A DNA stretch of 41,643 nucleotides from Tubiluchus corallicola. Taxonomy: Eukaryota > Animalia > Priapulida. The stretch is from NCBI GenBank assembly GCA_030141605.1, contig JAQGDQ010001430.1:1-41643 (forward strand), read 5' to 3'. This document shows positions 25,962 through 37,598 of the stretch, in pieces; position 1 is the first letter of the stretch; each line of letters starts with the position of its first letter. Below the pieces are notes generated by a model. The model saw only the letters and a program-made list of their open reading frames with translations, was not told the origin of the DNA and ran no database searches. A program made the translations under genes and the position numbers.

Positions 25962-25991
25962 ATGACTGATCTTAAAGAGGACGTTACAGAT
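25962..25991 (+). CDS. Unknown gene coding exon 1 (MTDLKEDVTD)
   Basis: Acceptor TTGTTCTAG at 25920, ATG at 25962, donor GAT|GTAAGA in phase 0 compatible with the next exon. Confidence 0.6.
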
Positions 25992-26423
25992 GTAAGACTT
26001 AATAAATTTCATTGTTTTACAGAACAGTCACTGCACGGTTATAACTGCGCATGCGTATAAACAACCCGACAGCTACTGTTATTATAACATTGCAGGCAAT
26101 CCAGTTTATTGTTTAATATACAAGCCACTTCAATTAAAAAGTGTTTCGTTAATATAATAGTAATGATAGTTTAGAAGTTATAAAGCTTATTGTAGGAGCA
26201 AAGTAAACTTTATTACCCATGACGACATCAGTAATGATTTCCATTCTTGTTTATAAAACGATCTATACATACTACAAGAATCCTGTAATTAAGAATTTCA
26301 AATGACATAATACTCAACATTTTATTTATAACGAGTAGTAACTCAACTGCTGCAGAACAAATATTGTAAAACATTTTCATTAGCTATAGTGGTTTACGAT
26401 TTGTTACTTGATATGAGTCGGAT

Positions 26424-26843
26424 CTGGGGCGTATTAACCAGTAGGCTAAATAAGCTACAGCCTAGAGCGCCAAAGTTTGAGGGACGTCACATTTTAGAAA
26501 AAATTCTTATTGTCCTCGTAAAATGTGTATACTTTCATATTCATGTAAAGGGCGCATTTTATAACACACCACAGACAGTTACTGAGATGAGCTTCTATAT
26601 AAGTGTCACATAACGGTGCCACATAACGAACAGGTGCAAGATGTTACATAAGAAGCAGTTGTGCAGCCTACTCGAATATAAGTGCTATGCAAATACATGT
26701 AGTTAATAATGACCACGTGAAAACTAGGTTAATAGTGTTTCTAAAAAAACCCAAGTAACTCCATAAACAATTAAACATTCACAATAGAGATGGGCGGGAC
26801 AGAACATCAGCCTAGAGCGTCGTAAAATTTTGATACGCTACTG
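26424..26843. mobile_element. hAT-like MITE
   Basis: Ends CTGGGGCGTAT / ATACGCTACTG; internal CAGCCTAGAGCG near both ends; flanks AGTCGGAT / AGTCGAAT are a 7/8 TSD match. Confidence 0.75.
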
Positions 26844-27142
26844 AGTCGAATTAATAGCTCTTAGGAACGAACGTTTTTAAAACACAGTTATGCAAAACCC
26901 GACTTTAAATAAAGTTTGATTTGAGCAAAACTAAACCGTGGAACTCATTAACCCTTAATGTGAAGTGCAGATATAATACTCACCGCTTCAAGCCGCCCGT
27001 TAAACAATACCTGTTTGCTACTTGTAAAAATTAAGTCTCCATAACTACCTATAGTTCCTGTACACATCTGTCATAAACCTGTGTTCTTTCTTGAGTAGAA
27101 AGCAGAGGGTTTTCTGATCTCATTGAGCTGAATCTTCACAAG

Positions 27143-27190
<48 letters not shown>

Positions 27191-27205
27191 TGATAATAAT
27201 AATAA
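27143..27205. repeat. (AAT)n microsatellite
   Basis: Directly visible. Confidence 0.95.
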
Positions 27206-27674
27206 ACAAGCCACTCTTCCTATCCTTTTATCCATCACTTCTATCCTTGTTTTGCACAACATTTTCCCTCTTAAACTCCCTAAAACCTTCGTTTTTTGTT
27301 GTTTTTTTCAATTATCTGGACGTGCTTACATTGTTGCAAGCACCTAATTCTGATCCTTGTCATGAATGATACACGTATAGTGCGATGTCATAATGATTAA
27401 TACTAATTTGTATATATGTTTTTCATTGTCTCCATAAATTGTACATTTCATCTCCAAATAAATTACCTACTTACCTAAAAATGACGACGTCACTGATGAT
27501 AATAGCATAGATGATCATGTGACCAAGCAGGTAACACAGTGGAGATGAGCTGACAGTCATGATGATTGATGATGGTTACGACGATGACGATTCTTCACTA
27601 ATGACATCAAATTGATGATTGTTGTAATTATGATAATTAATGACGGTGGTAATCATTGTTATTAATAGCGTTAA

Positions 27675-28066
27675 TAAGCCTTTTCACAGTTTCTCTATGT
27701 GCCAGCACAGTTGCCGTAGGCCAAAGGTTATGTGTACCACCGCAACGCATCTTAAAACTACAACCGTCACGTGGCGTGTGGGCAAAGCAAAGCCATCTGT
27801 CGCATTAATTCAGTAATGTCAGTTGTTTTAAGAGGACTTTACTTACTTATAAACAAGAGTGATTTACTAGCAGGACCTTGCTTGAGAACAAGAAAAAATG
27901 AACTTGGTAAGGTTCTAGCTAGCTGTTAAAACATGTTAAAACTGTTACAATTACAATAGCATGGGCTGTGAGTCGTTTTCAAATGTACACGAATGCGTTG
28001 TCTGATACACTTAACCTTTGACCTTTTCACGATCATCATCAGTCACTGGAACTGTGAAAAGGCTTA
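27675..28066 (+). mobile_element. MITE family X, copy 3
   Basis: Perfect TIR TAAGCCTTTTCACAGTT / AACTGTGAAAAGGCTTA; body similar to copies 1 and 2. Confidence 0.85.
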
Positions 28067-28086
28067 CTATGATTGTTTTCTCCAAG

Positions 28087-28275
28087 GCTTACATGACACA
28101 GAGTGCAGGAAGCTTGACACGTAACATTCCAAAGAGCGAGTTTGACATCACTCGACCTGTGAGTGACCCCGACTTCCTGATTTCTATGCGGAAATATCAA
28201 GATCCTCAGGAGTTGCATAAACTGAAACAATTCGTTGCCAAGTTACACGAACAAGCACAAAGTTCGTCAGAGGAG
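28087..28275 (+). CDS. Unknown gene coding exon 2
   Basis: Acceptor TTTTCTCCAAG; 63 open codons AYMTQSAG...TRPVSDPDFL...QAQSSSEE; donor GAG|GTAAAC; phase 0 at both ends; coding-like GC content. Confidence 0.75.
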
Positions 28276-29999
28276 GTAAACTGATGAATGTGCATAGGCT
28301 CATTAACTAAAGGAAAGGACAAGTGATTTAGCATGTTCTTTTCCTTTAACTGCTATCACTTAAAGTGAGAAAAATATAACAAACAAATTTGCAAAAAGCT
28401 GTTCATAATGCATAAAGTTAATTTATCTCAACTCTGTATAAAAATTTTCAGGCGAGCGGCTGCCACCAAACACTTGAAAATTGTGACGTAACTGGTGGAC
28501 TTCATGACTTTTTGCAAGCTAATTCAAACTTCTGTAGCTTACCAAATATTGTTACAAAAATATGACTATATTAGCTATCTTATTTTTTGTAAAAACTTTT
28601 TATGCTTTTGATAGAAATTGAAATTTACAGTGCGCTGCTTTTCTTCAGTCGATGGACGATGTTATTGGTGGAAGATTGAGCGTTCAGAATGGCAGCGCAC
28701 AAGCGTGAAATGATCGCGACTCTAAAATGTCTTTATTAATTGCACTTATCGCACTTTTACTACTAAATCTTTCTAACAGTTTTTGCAAACTTGAAACGCG
28801 GTAACATTATAGGGGTCTTTAAACATCAGACATGGATGCACTGAACTTGAAAACCTATATTTAGACACCAAAATCGTTATCTTAATAAAACGTGACTATG
28901 CTCAACAGGTTACTGAACACTTTATTTATAATCATGATCACAGTTTTTCTTAGTTCTCGCCCCATTTCATCTTTCATTCACTACTCCCCCCACATTTATG
29001 TATATATTATCATTATATCAATTATTAATCATTTCTTTAAGATTTCCACGTACAGTTTGGCCTGTCAAGCTACCCTTTTAGGCTCAAACTGTATGCATCA
29101 AAATTATTCTGTAATGTAAATTGCAAATGTATATGCTGCATAAGAATCTCTTTTGTAATTTCTGGATTATACTGCATTTATATTTATATTTACTGCAGTG
29201 GAAAGTTATCTGTATTTTTATTATAACTGTCAGATGCAGTGTGGAAATAAGACAGCTGAGATGCAGCCCTTCTAAGCTAGCATCAGCCAAATTGTCGGGT
29301 ATCTTCAAAGTTTCGGCCATACTGGATAAATTTTGATTGCCTTCATAACCTAAACTAATTACCTTAATGGGTTGTAGCACTGACCAAAGTTTAATGCTTT
29401 TGAATCAAAATGAGCATTTTTTTTCAATTCTGGTAGACTAAAAAAACACATTCATTTTGGTCGAATGGTGGCCATCTTTTTGACGTCATAATTAGACCAC
29501 TTTCTGGTGCTCAAATTTTGGCCTATTTTGGATATGTTATTACCTCACCAAATACTACAAGAAAACAACATAAAACGCTTTCTTGCAATTTTTTAGTGTA
29601 AGACAGTAAATTGACTCCTCTGGTAACATTATGGGTAAATTTGAACTTTGACTGTAAATGGATCGATTCATCAAATTTGTAGTCTTGATAATGACATAAG
29701 GAAAGATCAAACTATATATATTTTTATTCAGTATGACAAGAGGAGTAATTTGATATGCATTTCACCAGAATTCGCAAATTTTTCAAATTCGCACCCAATT
29801 GTCTCCCTACAAAAATTGCTGACATTTTGAAGAGAGTAGCTAGATTCTTTTAGTGCCCCTCAAGCAATCTAAAACAGCTTTCAAATCTTTGTTCTAGCGA
29901 AAGTGTTACGGGACGTTAAGATTGTTCCTCTGTTACAGGTGCCTTGCAAAGCTCTTAGCAATTTGGTGTTAATAGGACTGTCATGATTTATTTCTTTAG

Positions 30000-30722
30000 G
30001 ATGAAGAATATCACACCTGTTCCGAAGAATCAGGATCAAATTCGAGTGATCCCATGCCATCCACGCATTCGTTTCACTTTGAGTACATCCTTCGCAAACT
30101 ATCCAGCTCTGTAAGCAGAACTGGAAGTCACTACAACACCGTGGCAATAGAGACACCATCTTCATCAAAAATTTACAACCAGGAGAAGTGCATCCCGGAG
30201 CGTCGTCCCTCTCTCAGCGATGCATACGACAGCATGTGCTCTCTACCAACTCTCGTGGAGGACCAGTACCACCACTCGCCCGGTTCTGGCAGTCCCAAGC
30301 TCTGGAGAGACTCAAAAAGTGACCTGCGGCACAAGCGAAGGCAACACAAAGAAATGGACCAAACTGGGTCTTATGACAAGCCGGATAAGACGATTACTAA
30401 GATCCATCACCTGGGAGTTCCCAAACAGAAGCTGCTGGGAAGAGAAAAAGACAGGAGCTCGGACAGTAGCTTTGAGGAGGTGGTATCACACAGGGCAAAG
30501 AGGAACAAATCACAAGAACTTTTGCACAGGCAAAGTTCAGACACAAGCAGCTTGAACTCTATTGATGGTATCGTATTCGATAAACCACCTCCGACACAGG
30601 AAACCCGGGACAGATGTCGTGATCCCGTAGGAAAACAGTTATATAGCGCAATCCGGGAAACGGAGAGGCAGAGCAGAGTTCAAACTGATAAAACTAGTCA
30701 GAGTGATGATACATCAGACTAA
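30000..30722 (+). CDS. Unknown gene terminal coding exon (Ser/charge-rich, predicted disordered; full protein ~313 aa)
   Basis: Acceptor TTTCTTTAG at 29999 in frame with ORF 30054..30722 (DEEYHTCSEESGSNSSDPMPST...); GC-rich relative to flanks; AATAAA at ~30733 and ~30749. Confidence 0.8.
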   Translation, partial: DEEYHTCSEESGSNSSDPMPSTHSFHFEYILRKLSSSVSRTGSHYNTVAIETPSSSKIYNQEKCIPERRPSLSDAYDSMCSLPTLVEDQYHHSPGSGSPKLWRDSKSDLRHKRRQHKEMDQTGSYDKPDKTITKIHHLGVPKQKLLGREKDRSSDSSFEEVVSHRAKRNKSQELLHRQSSDTSSLNSIDGIVFDKPPPTQETRDRCRDPVGKQLYSAIRETERQSRVQTDKTSQSDDTSD

Positions 30723-31394
30723 AAGATTTTGTAATAAACATTAATAAGGAATAAAATCCATTATTTTAAGACGTTGACAGAACAACACTCAATACAAAAT
30801 TATGTAATAAACTTGTTATTTAAATTTTTATAAAAACTTTGTTTAACAATAATAATTTTAAGAGGAAAACGATTAAAATTACAAAATAATCATAACAATT
30901 ATATTATACCAATCAAAATGCATATAAAGTACATTTCTATATTGAGCAATAAATTTTATGAAAATCATTTTAAATTTAGAAATATACAAAAATATTACAT
31001 ACTTATTGTAATTATAAATTATCTGAACAAAGACACGTTTAAGTTAACACACTTACATCAAATTTTATTATATTGCCTTCATTACAATCAAAATATTGTG
31101 TGTTTATGCATAAAACAGCATTTCATTGCCTTCAAGTTTAAATCACTGTTTAAAACGTGTTTAAGAAGTTTCTGCTGCTCGTACGAAGTTAGTACAAATA
31201 CCATTATCAGTTGCTATTATTATCATTGTACATTCCTTGCAAAATGCGATGCAAATCTTTATATTGCCCCACAATACATGTACTTGTAAAATTACACAAG
31301 TATTTCTAACCGGCCAATCTCTAATGAAGTCAGGCATTGCAGTAGGCAGTGGAGTTTTTTTTAGTAAAATTCTAACCGACCATGCAGTCAATAA

Positions 31395-32123
31395 GACTCA
31401 TTTCACAGTGAGGAAGCGCGGTAAAATGCCTCGAGAAGAAATTCCTTGCGACATTCCTCACGAAAATGGAGCACATTTCACAGTGAGCACACGCGGCAAA
31501 TTCTTCGTGAGGAATTCTACAGCCAACTAGCGCCATGCGTCCTCCTCGTGAGGAATTTTGCCGCGAGTAGAAATACTGCACGTTCCACTTTCGTGAGGAA
31601 TCCTCGCGCAATTCAGTTTTAAATTTAATTACTGGCTTACTTCGTTCTTATTTAACGAATAACAATTAATAAATTTCAGCATAAAATATAAGAATTAATC
31701 TCTCTTTTAATAGACTGACGATTTCATGTTTTATTAATGCAAATTCGATGGCTATATTATGAAAAACAAAAATATCGCACGCATATATTTATTTTGTATA
31801 TGTATATTTTCAGATTTTGAAGTGGTTAGTAGAACTTTACTAAGAAAACAAACAGGACATTACGTTGACTAACATTATTAACTGTACTTTGTATATGAGA
31901 AACACGGCAAGTAGAACTTAATTCAGACCTGGTTATACAGTATAAAACTCGTAAAGTTGCTGCAGCGGAAAACTGGAGGCGCGGAAAAAAAAGCCGCCTG
32001 GTTTCATCGTGAAATGAACGTTCTTGCTCCATGGGATTTCGAGAAAAATCGGACATTTTCTAAATATTTTCTGACGGCAATTCCGTGCATCATTTTCCTT
32101 GCATCCTCACTATGCAATGGGCC
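31395..32123. mobile_element. Non-autonomous PIF/Harbinger-like element, 729 bp
   Basis: Imperfect TIR GACTCATTTCACAGTGAGGA / TCCTCACTATGCAATGGGCC; TAA on both flanks; internal reiterations of ATTTCACAGTGAG and TCGTGAGGAA. Confidence 0.75.
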
Positions 32124-32755
32124 TAAGCAATACCCAACATAGTACAACATAGTACAACATACTACACGTAACACACGTTAAAATTGAACATAAAGTACGT
32201 GTTAACCTTCGTAACTGAGAAAGTTTCAGTATAGTCAAGTATTGGCTTAACAAATGGTTAACAAATACACAGCTTCAATAATTGTGTTGATCATTGAAAA
32301 TTTTAGTGCCAAGATGTTTAAAAATCAATAACTGAAGCAATAAGTAATTTGATTGTTCAGATTGGCAGCTTAAAAAATCAAGAAAGCTGATGATTTAATG
32401 ATATTTTTGTAGCAGTTAATGGAATGGAAGCACTAATGGGCTTGGAACCGGTGCACGCGTTCTACTTGTTCATTTCTTGTAAAGTTAATGATTTTCATAA
32501 GAAAATCATGGGAAGCACTTAACGTTGTCATGGTACCCATTTTTCTTTAAAATTTGGAATACACATTGTTGGGGTAATACATTAGCATTAAAAACACAGC
32601 AATATAACAATTTATGATATATGGTTAGTTTTTAAAGATCCATTTAACGGGCGTCTTTGAAGGTCGCACAGGGATGGTGAAAAATTGGGCGCCATTACGA
32701 CATTCATGCGAAATTTCAGCCTGTCATAGTTGTCAGAGATAAATGTGACAAGAGC

Positions 32756-32930
32756 AACATCATCAACAACAATAACAACAACAGCAGCAGCAGCAACAGC
32801 AGCAACAGTAACAGACAGCAACGAGAACAGCAGCAGCAACAGTAACAGACAGTAACAACAACAACAACAAAAACAACAATAACAACAGCAGCAGCAGCAA
32901 CAGTAACAAACAGCGACAACAACAACAACA
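32756..32930. repeat. Degenerate (CAA)/(CAG) microsatellite
   Basis: Directly visible. Confidence 0.9.
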
Positions 32931-34729
32931 AGAAAACATGTCCAATACTTAAGTAATTCTGCAATTCGTGTCGGATCCAAAAACTACTGTATTACATAAC
33001 TGTGTTTACTATGCATCCAAAAAAGTTTTTTAATTGTTTTAACCCATCATTCACAATCAAACGAGGGCGCCACTACATCATAACCTCTGTCTGACTTTTC
33101 TGGAACACTAAGAAACAGTGGCATCACCTACTGTCAACTGCAGAAGCTTTGGTCCTCAAGATTTAACACAAAAATTTCTTAATGACAACAATCGAAGGAA
33201 TAGTTAATAAAAATTTCATAATAAAAGGTTGTACAAGACACGCCACATGCGCATAAAATACAAATTTACTGGATTAATTCTGTCATTAGAGCGGTTTACA
33301 CTAATCACTTACTAGTTTAACAAAGACTGTGGTAGCACCGAGAACAATTTTTCCTTAAGAAACCTCACAAGGAAGAAATGATATAAAAACACGATGTTTT
33401 AGTAAACAAGAAAGTACACAACAGCAAGTATGTTGATCAGCATTACTTGTTTTTACTGTTCTTGTATTCTTTTAAATTAAAAGTTAAGTAGGACAGGGTT
33501 GAAACCTCATTAAATTCTATATCACATATGGCACAATATCTAATTTCTTTACTTTATTATTTTAAATAAACACGGCACTTGCTGGATCAACAACGAATAA
33601 AAATCAAAATGCAGGATGTCTCAAAAGTCACCGCACACTTCGATTTCTATTTTTTCAATTATTCAAGTTTTTCTTTAATCTGGGCAAGCTTTAACATGAA
33701 TCAAAAGGGGGCGTCCTACTTTCACTACAAAGGTTTCACTACTTCGTCAACCAAACTGTTTTCTCACTATTAACAATGTAGTTTTTCAACGGGGCACAGC
33801 TCTTCTTCACTACTTCCTAACTTCATGAGGTGCAACTGCAAGAAATTTTTCTCAATTCACGATGCTCGACTTGATTGGTTTCTCAGAAATTCTTGATGTC
33901 CATAAAATAAGTAGTACAAACATCAAAGCCTGGTGGTGCAGTAATTCTTTTCAGGTTTTCATCTAACTTGAGCAAAGGAATTGCTCAAAATTTTAGGTGA
34001 TCTGTACCCATTTTCAAACATTTTGCTTTAAAGGACAAGAAAATGGCCAACCAAAGTAAGCCTCAGAAAATTTGCAATAAAAAATTATATCACTTAAGTA
34101 TAATCTTAAACGAATAAAGTACTCACATTTTCACATTTACTCCAATTTTTGTAAAATAATTCAACCGCTGCAACAAACGTTGGCACAGACATGTTGCACT
34201 TAGTCCACCAGGATGTGACTGAGCACGTGGCATGACATCACTCGAACACAGTCGCAGTGAGTTCTGAGCATGTGTACTATAAAGATTTGTGCTGTGGTTC
34301 TGTGACGCCATTTAATATGGCGCTACCGTGACAGTCTCGCGGGAGTATTTAAAATGAAAACAAACAGGAAATTCTTTTAACGTGAGTATGATAAACGCTT
34401 AAGATTACCTCTAACCGTTATAAGCTTTAGCAAGAATTTTCTGAAACTTGCTTTAACTAAGTCTTCTCTTGTCCTTTAATTGCTACAAAATATAGAAAAT
34501 GCAAAGTGTATAGTCACTTATGAGACACCCTGTATATAAGCACAATAGCAAGTCAGACAAACTTACACAACAAACTGGAAAGTTTCTGATTAAAAACGTA
34601 ACAAATAAACAAACCTACTTTAATTCCTATTTAAATCATACGAACAAAAAAGTTAGTGGACAAATTAATCTGAAAGACATTTGAATTATTTCAGCAGTAT
34701 AAAAATAAATAAGAGCATATATATCACAG

Positions 34730-34843
34730 ATATTCACATATGAACTGCAGTAACATTGCCTACTGTAAGCATATTCACATATGAACTGCAGTAACGTTGC
34801 CTACTGAAAGCATATTCACATATGAACTGCAGTAACATCGCCT
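34730..34843. repeat. 41-bp tandem repeat, ~3 copies, immediately 3' of the NCLX stop codon
   Basis: ATATTCACATATGAACTGCAGTAAC... starts at 34730, 34771 and 34812. Confidence 0.92.
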
Positions 34844-34855
34844 AAGCATGTCCTA

Positions 34856-35041
34856 TCAAACACCAAATGCGCCTACTTCAGTCAGAATTGCGACTGTAAG
34901 AAAGACTATGTATAAACTCACTAGATATATGCCATATCGGCGCTCCATGTGGAACTTGCGAATAGGCAGGAATATGAATGTGGAAAGAGCTGACGTGGCA
35001 GCTCCAGCGACTAATATCATGTTCATGACGTCAAATTTTAT
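34856..35041 (-). CDS. SLC8B1: NCLX/SLC8B1-like cation/Ca2+ exchanger, terminal exon
   Basis: IKFDVMNMILVAGAATSALSTFIFLPIRKFHMERRYGIYLVSLYIVFLTVAILTEVGAFGV* matches the NCLX C-terminal TM pair (..R.YG..L...Y..FL.VA.LTE); acceptor TTTTTTCAG, phase 0. Confidence 0.88.
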   Translation of the reverse strand: MKFDVMNMILVAGAATSALSTFIFLPIRKFHMERRYGIYLVSLYIVFLTVAILTEVGAFGV

Positions 35042-35129
35042 CTGAAAAAAGAAATAGCTAAGTTTGATACATATTATCTCGGGATTCACAAAAAACAAGA
35101 AAAATTAAGAACACTGTCATTATTTACAT

Positions 35130-35265
35130 AATAACTTTTCTAAAAAGTGCGTTTTGAGGTGCCTTTGAAGAGCGGGAAACCATTGCTTTTTCTTAAATCC
35201 AGGGGTAATTTTTTTCCAGTTCCCTAGACTCGTCCCAGAAAAAGATCTATCACTTAAAATATGGG
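35130..35265 (-). mobile_element. L2/CR1-group LINE 3' remnant
   Basis: - strand reads SDRSFSGTSLGNWK/KLPLDLRKSNGFPLFKRHLKTHF with frameshift, like GDRAFS...P.LWN.LP...FK..LKTHLF. Confidence 0.6.
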
Positions 35266-35341
35266 AGCATTCTCCTGAGAAATGTCATCTGTAAGATGAA
35301 TAAAACCTTGGATGTCATTTAAAGTCTCAAAATAGATTATT

Positions 35342-35484
35342 TCTTTCAGCAGTTTCACCCTAACAGCCTCGTCAACTGGGTAGACTTGTGCTACTAACCA
35401 GAGAGAGGCTAGAGCGATACTGTCAGGTTAGTAGCACAAGTCAGCTCAGCTGAGGAGGCCCGTTGGGGGAAAGCTCCTGAAAGA
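35342..35484. repeat. Long imperfect palindrome (~58-bp arms, ~26-nt loop)
   Basis: Inner 17 bp GACTTGTGCTACTAACC / GGTTAGTAGCACAAGTC perfect; outer TCTTTCAG / CTGAAAGA. Confidence 0.85.
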
Positions 35485-35838
35485 CATTATAAAAGACAAT
35501 ACCTACCTACCTACCTAACCACCCACCCAAATACAATCACCCATCCACCCACCTGTTTTCCAGGTCATATCTGTACAATGTAGCCTTGAAGGCCCCTTCA
35601 ATTTTTTGTTATTTTATTTAGTTTATTTCAGCACATAAAAATGCCATATAAAAGTTAAAAATTTAAAAAGTTACAAAAGCCTTTGCACAGCAGTAGAAAG
35701 GGTCGCTGCAATAGAAGACCTACAGCATGCGGTTGCGCAGTAATCCGCACGAACTATGTTACAATTGATCGCATTAGAAATATATTTGTTAAAAAGCGAT
35801 AGCGCTTTTAAAGCCGCATTGTCATGATTGTTTACAGT

Positions 35839-35960
35839 CAGGGGCGGCGCCAGAGTTTAAAAAATTGACACACAAACAGCTAGGGGGTCTGAGGGAGCGC
35901 TGTAAGCTCCCCTAGCGGGGTCCGGGGTGGAACCCCGGATAACAATGCATTTTTCTGTAT
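35839..35960 (+). mobile_element. One end of a GC-rich hAT-like MITE
   Basis: CAGGGGCGGCGCCAG terminus and GGGGGTCTGAGGGAGCGCTGTAAGCTCCCC...GGGGTCCGGGG...CCCCGG hairpin-rich motif; opposite TIR not found. Confidence 0.55.
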
Positions 35961-36055
35961 TTAAGCAAACTTTTGAGGCGCAAAATAACATCTAAATTCT
36001 GGTACATAGACTTTCTGGAACAGACAATACAAATATCCATACTGAATTGAGACAA

Positions 36056-36889
36056 TACAGCTGCCATAAATGCAATAAAATTTTTGGGTGGAAAAGCATC
36101 TTGTCATGCACATGAACACTCATACTGGATTAAGACCTTACAGATGTAATTTATGCAACAAACCATTCTCCGAGCAAACTACTTTTTGTAGGCATATGAA
36201 CACTCATACTGGATTAAAACCTTACAGGTGTGACTTGTGCGAAAAATCATTCTTTCGCAGAACTCTTCTCAGTCACATGAACATTCATACTTCATACTAG
36301 ATTGAAGCCTCACAGCAGTGACCTTTGCAACAAATCATTTTCTCGGCAAAGTTGTCTTCTCACACACATAAACACTCATACAGCATTGAAGCCTCATAAG
36401 TGTGACTCGTGCAACAAATCATTCTCTCAGCAAGGTCATCTTCGCAGACACATGAATATTCATACAAGATTAAAGCCCTATAAGTGTGACATATGCAACA
36501 AATCATTCTCTAACGAAAGTAAACTTCTGAAACACATGAACATTCATGCTGGATTGAACCCTTACAGTTGTGACTTGTGCAACAAATCATTCTCTCTGTG
36601 CCACCATCTCCGCAGACACATGAACATTCATACGGGATTGAAGCCTTACAGCTGTGAGTACTGCAACAAATCATTCTGTGACAGAAGTCATCTTCTCAAA
36701 CAGATGAACATTCATACAGGATTGAAGCCTTACAGTTGTGACTAGTGCAACAAATCATTCTCTCTGCATCACCAGCTTCGCAGACGCATGAACATTCAGG
36801 CTGGATTGAAGCCTCACTAATGTGACCTGCGCATCAAATCATTTTCTTTTCAAAGTAATCTTATTCATCGCAAGAAAGTCCATATTGGA
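36056..36889 (+). pseudogene. Tandem C2H2 zinc-finger pseudogene (~10 fingers), nested antisense in the last NCLX intron
   Basis: Repeated CxxC-NKSF-xxxxxL-xxHMNIH-TGLKPY units; frameshift near 36088, 7-nt duplication TTCATAC near 36290, stops at 36743 and 36818, lost ligands (C>S, H>Q, C>R). Confidence 0.88.
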
Positions 36890-37530
36890 ATGTACTGTTA
36901 CAGTGTCAGTAAAACAACTCATTCATTCAATGGGCTCGCCTCTTCGGACAAAAGGACACCCATTTTGGATTAAAATCTCACAAACAGCGGGACAGTGGTC
37001 CTGTAATTTCATAGTAATCAATAGATAAAAACCTAAAATCTCGTTTGCTTACAACAAGATTTAGCACAACTTCCTAAATTTTGTTTAGGACTGTTTTCAA
37101 AATCCATTGAAAAGCACAACACGCTGCATATGGGCTCTAAATTTGAAAATTGCCTTGAAGTTCTCTGTATAATGGTTGACTCTGATTCGACTCTCAGTGG
37201 ATTAACAAATTTTTTTAACTTTTCCAATTTACCTCCCCTTTGACATAGCTATGAGAAGGTACTTCACCTGTTATAAACCACCAAACACAACGCTGTTACT
37301 AATTTACAGATAAAGAGGTAACCAATAAGAATCAATCAGACGTATATTTCAATCATTTGTTGTTGACTCCAACTGGTAAGCTATCCTTGCATGCAAGTTA
37401 CATGTGATCCTAAGCCAATGAGAAATTTCGATTCAAAAACACAAAGAAAGACACAACATACGGATATTTTGGAATTCAGAAAGAGGAACAAAAACAAAAA
37501 AACAAAAGTAGAAAATGCAAAGAAACTTAC

Positions 37531-37598
37531 ATCAAAATGGCCAAGGTCATTTGTGATACATCCAATTGAAAATGGAATTCCAATGCCAAGTAAAACAT
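37531..37598 (-). CDS. SLC8B1: NCLX-like exon (N)VLLGIGIPFSIGCITNDLGHFD
   Basis: Phase 1 start joins the upstream exon (A|AT = Asn, giving FGGPVFNVLLGIG); donor GAT|GTAAGT in phase 0. Confidence 0.88.

Noticed and set aside
28018-28086. N-terminal part of ORF 28018..28284
   Set aside because: Lies in the MITE end and the splice acceptor; only 28087-28275 looks exonic
30220-30555. Overlapping alternative-frame ORFs (also 29881..30168, 20339..20572, 20682..20897)
   Set aside because: Shadow ORFs of real GC-richer exons with no recognisable motifs
34304-34323. Short palindrome GCGCCAT-type dyad (ACGCCATTTAATATGGCGC)
   Set aside because: Too short; probably part of an unrecognised repeat, no evidence of function
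34514-34535. Mariner-like terminus ACTTATGAGACACCCTGTA, and solo hAT-like end GATACGCCCCTG near 1992-2003
   Set aside because: No partner TIR found in the window, so element boundaries cannot be supported
36088-36745. Two intact zinc-finger genes
   Set aside because: They are frameshifted pieces of one array with internal stops and lost Zn ligands
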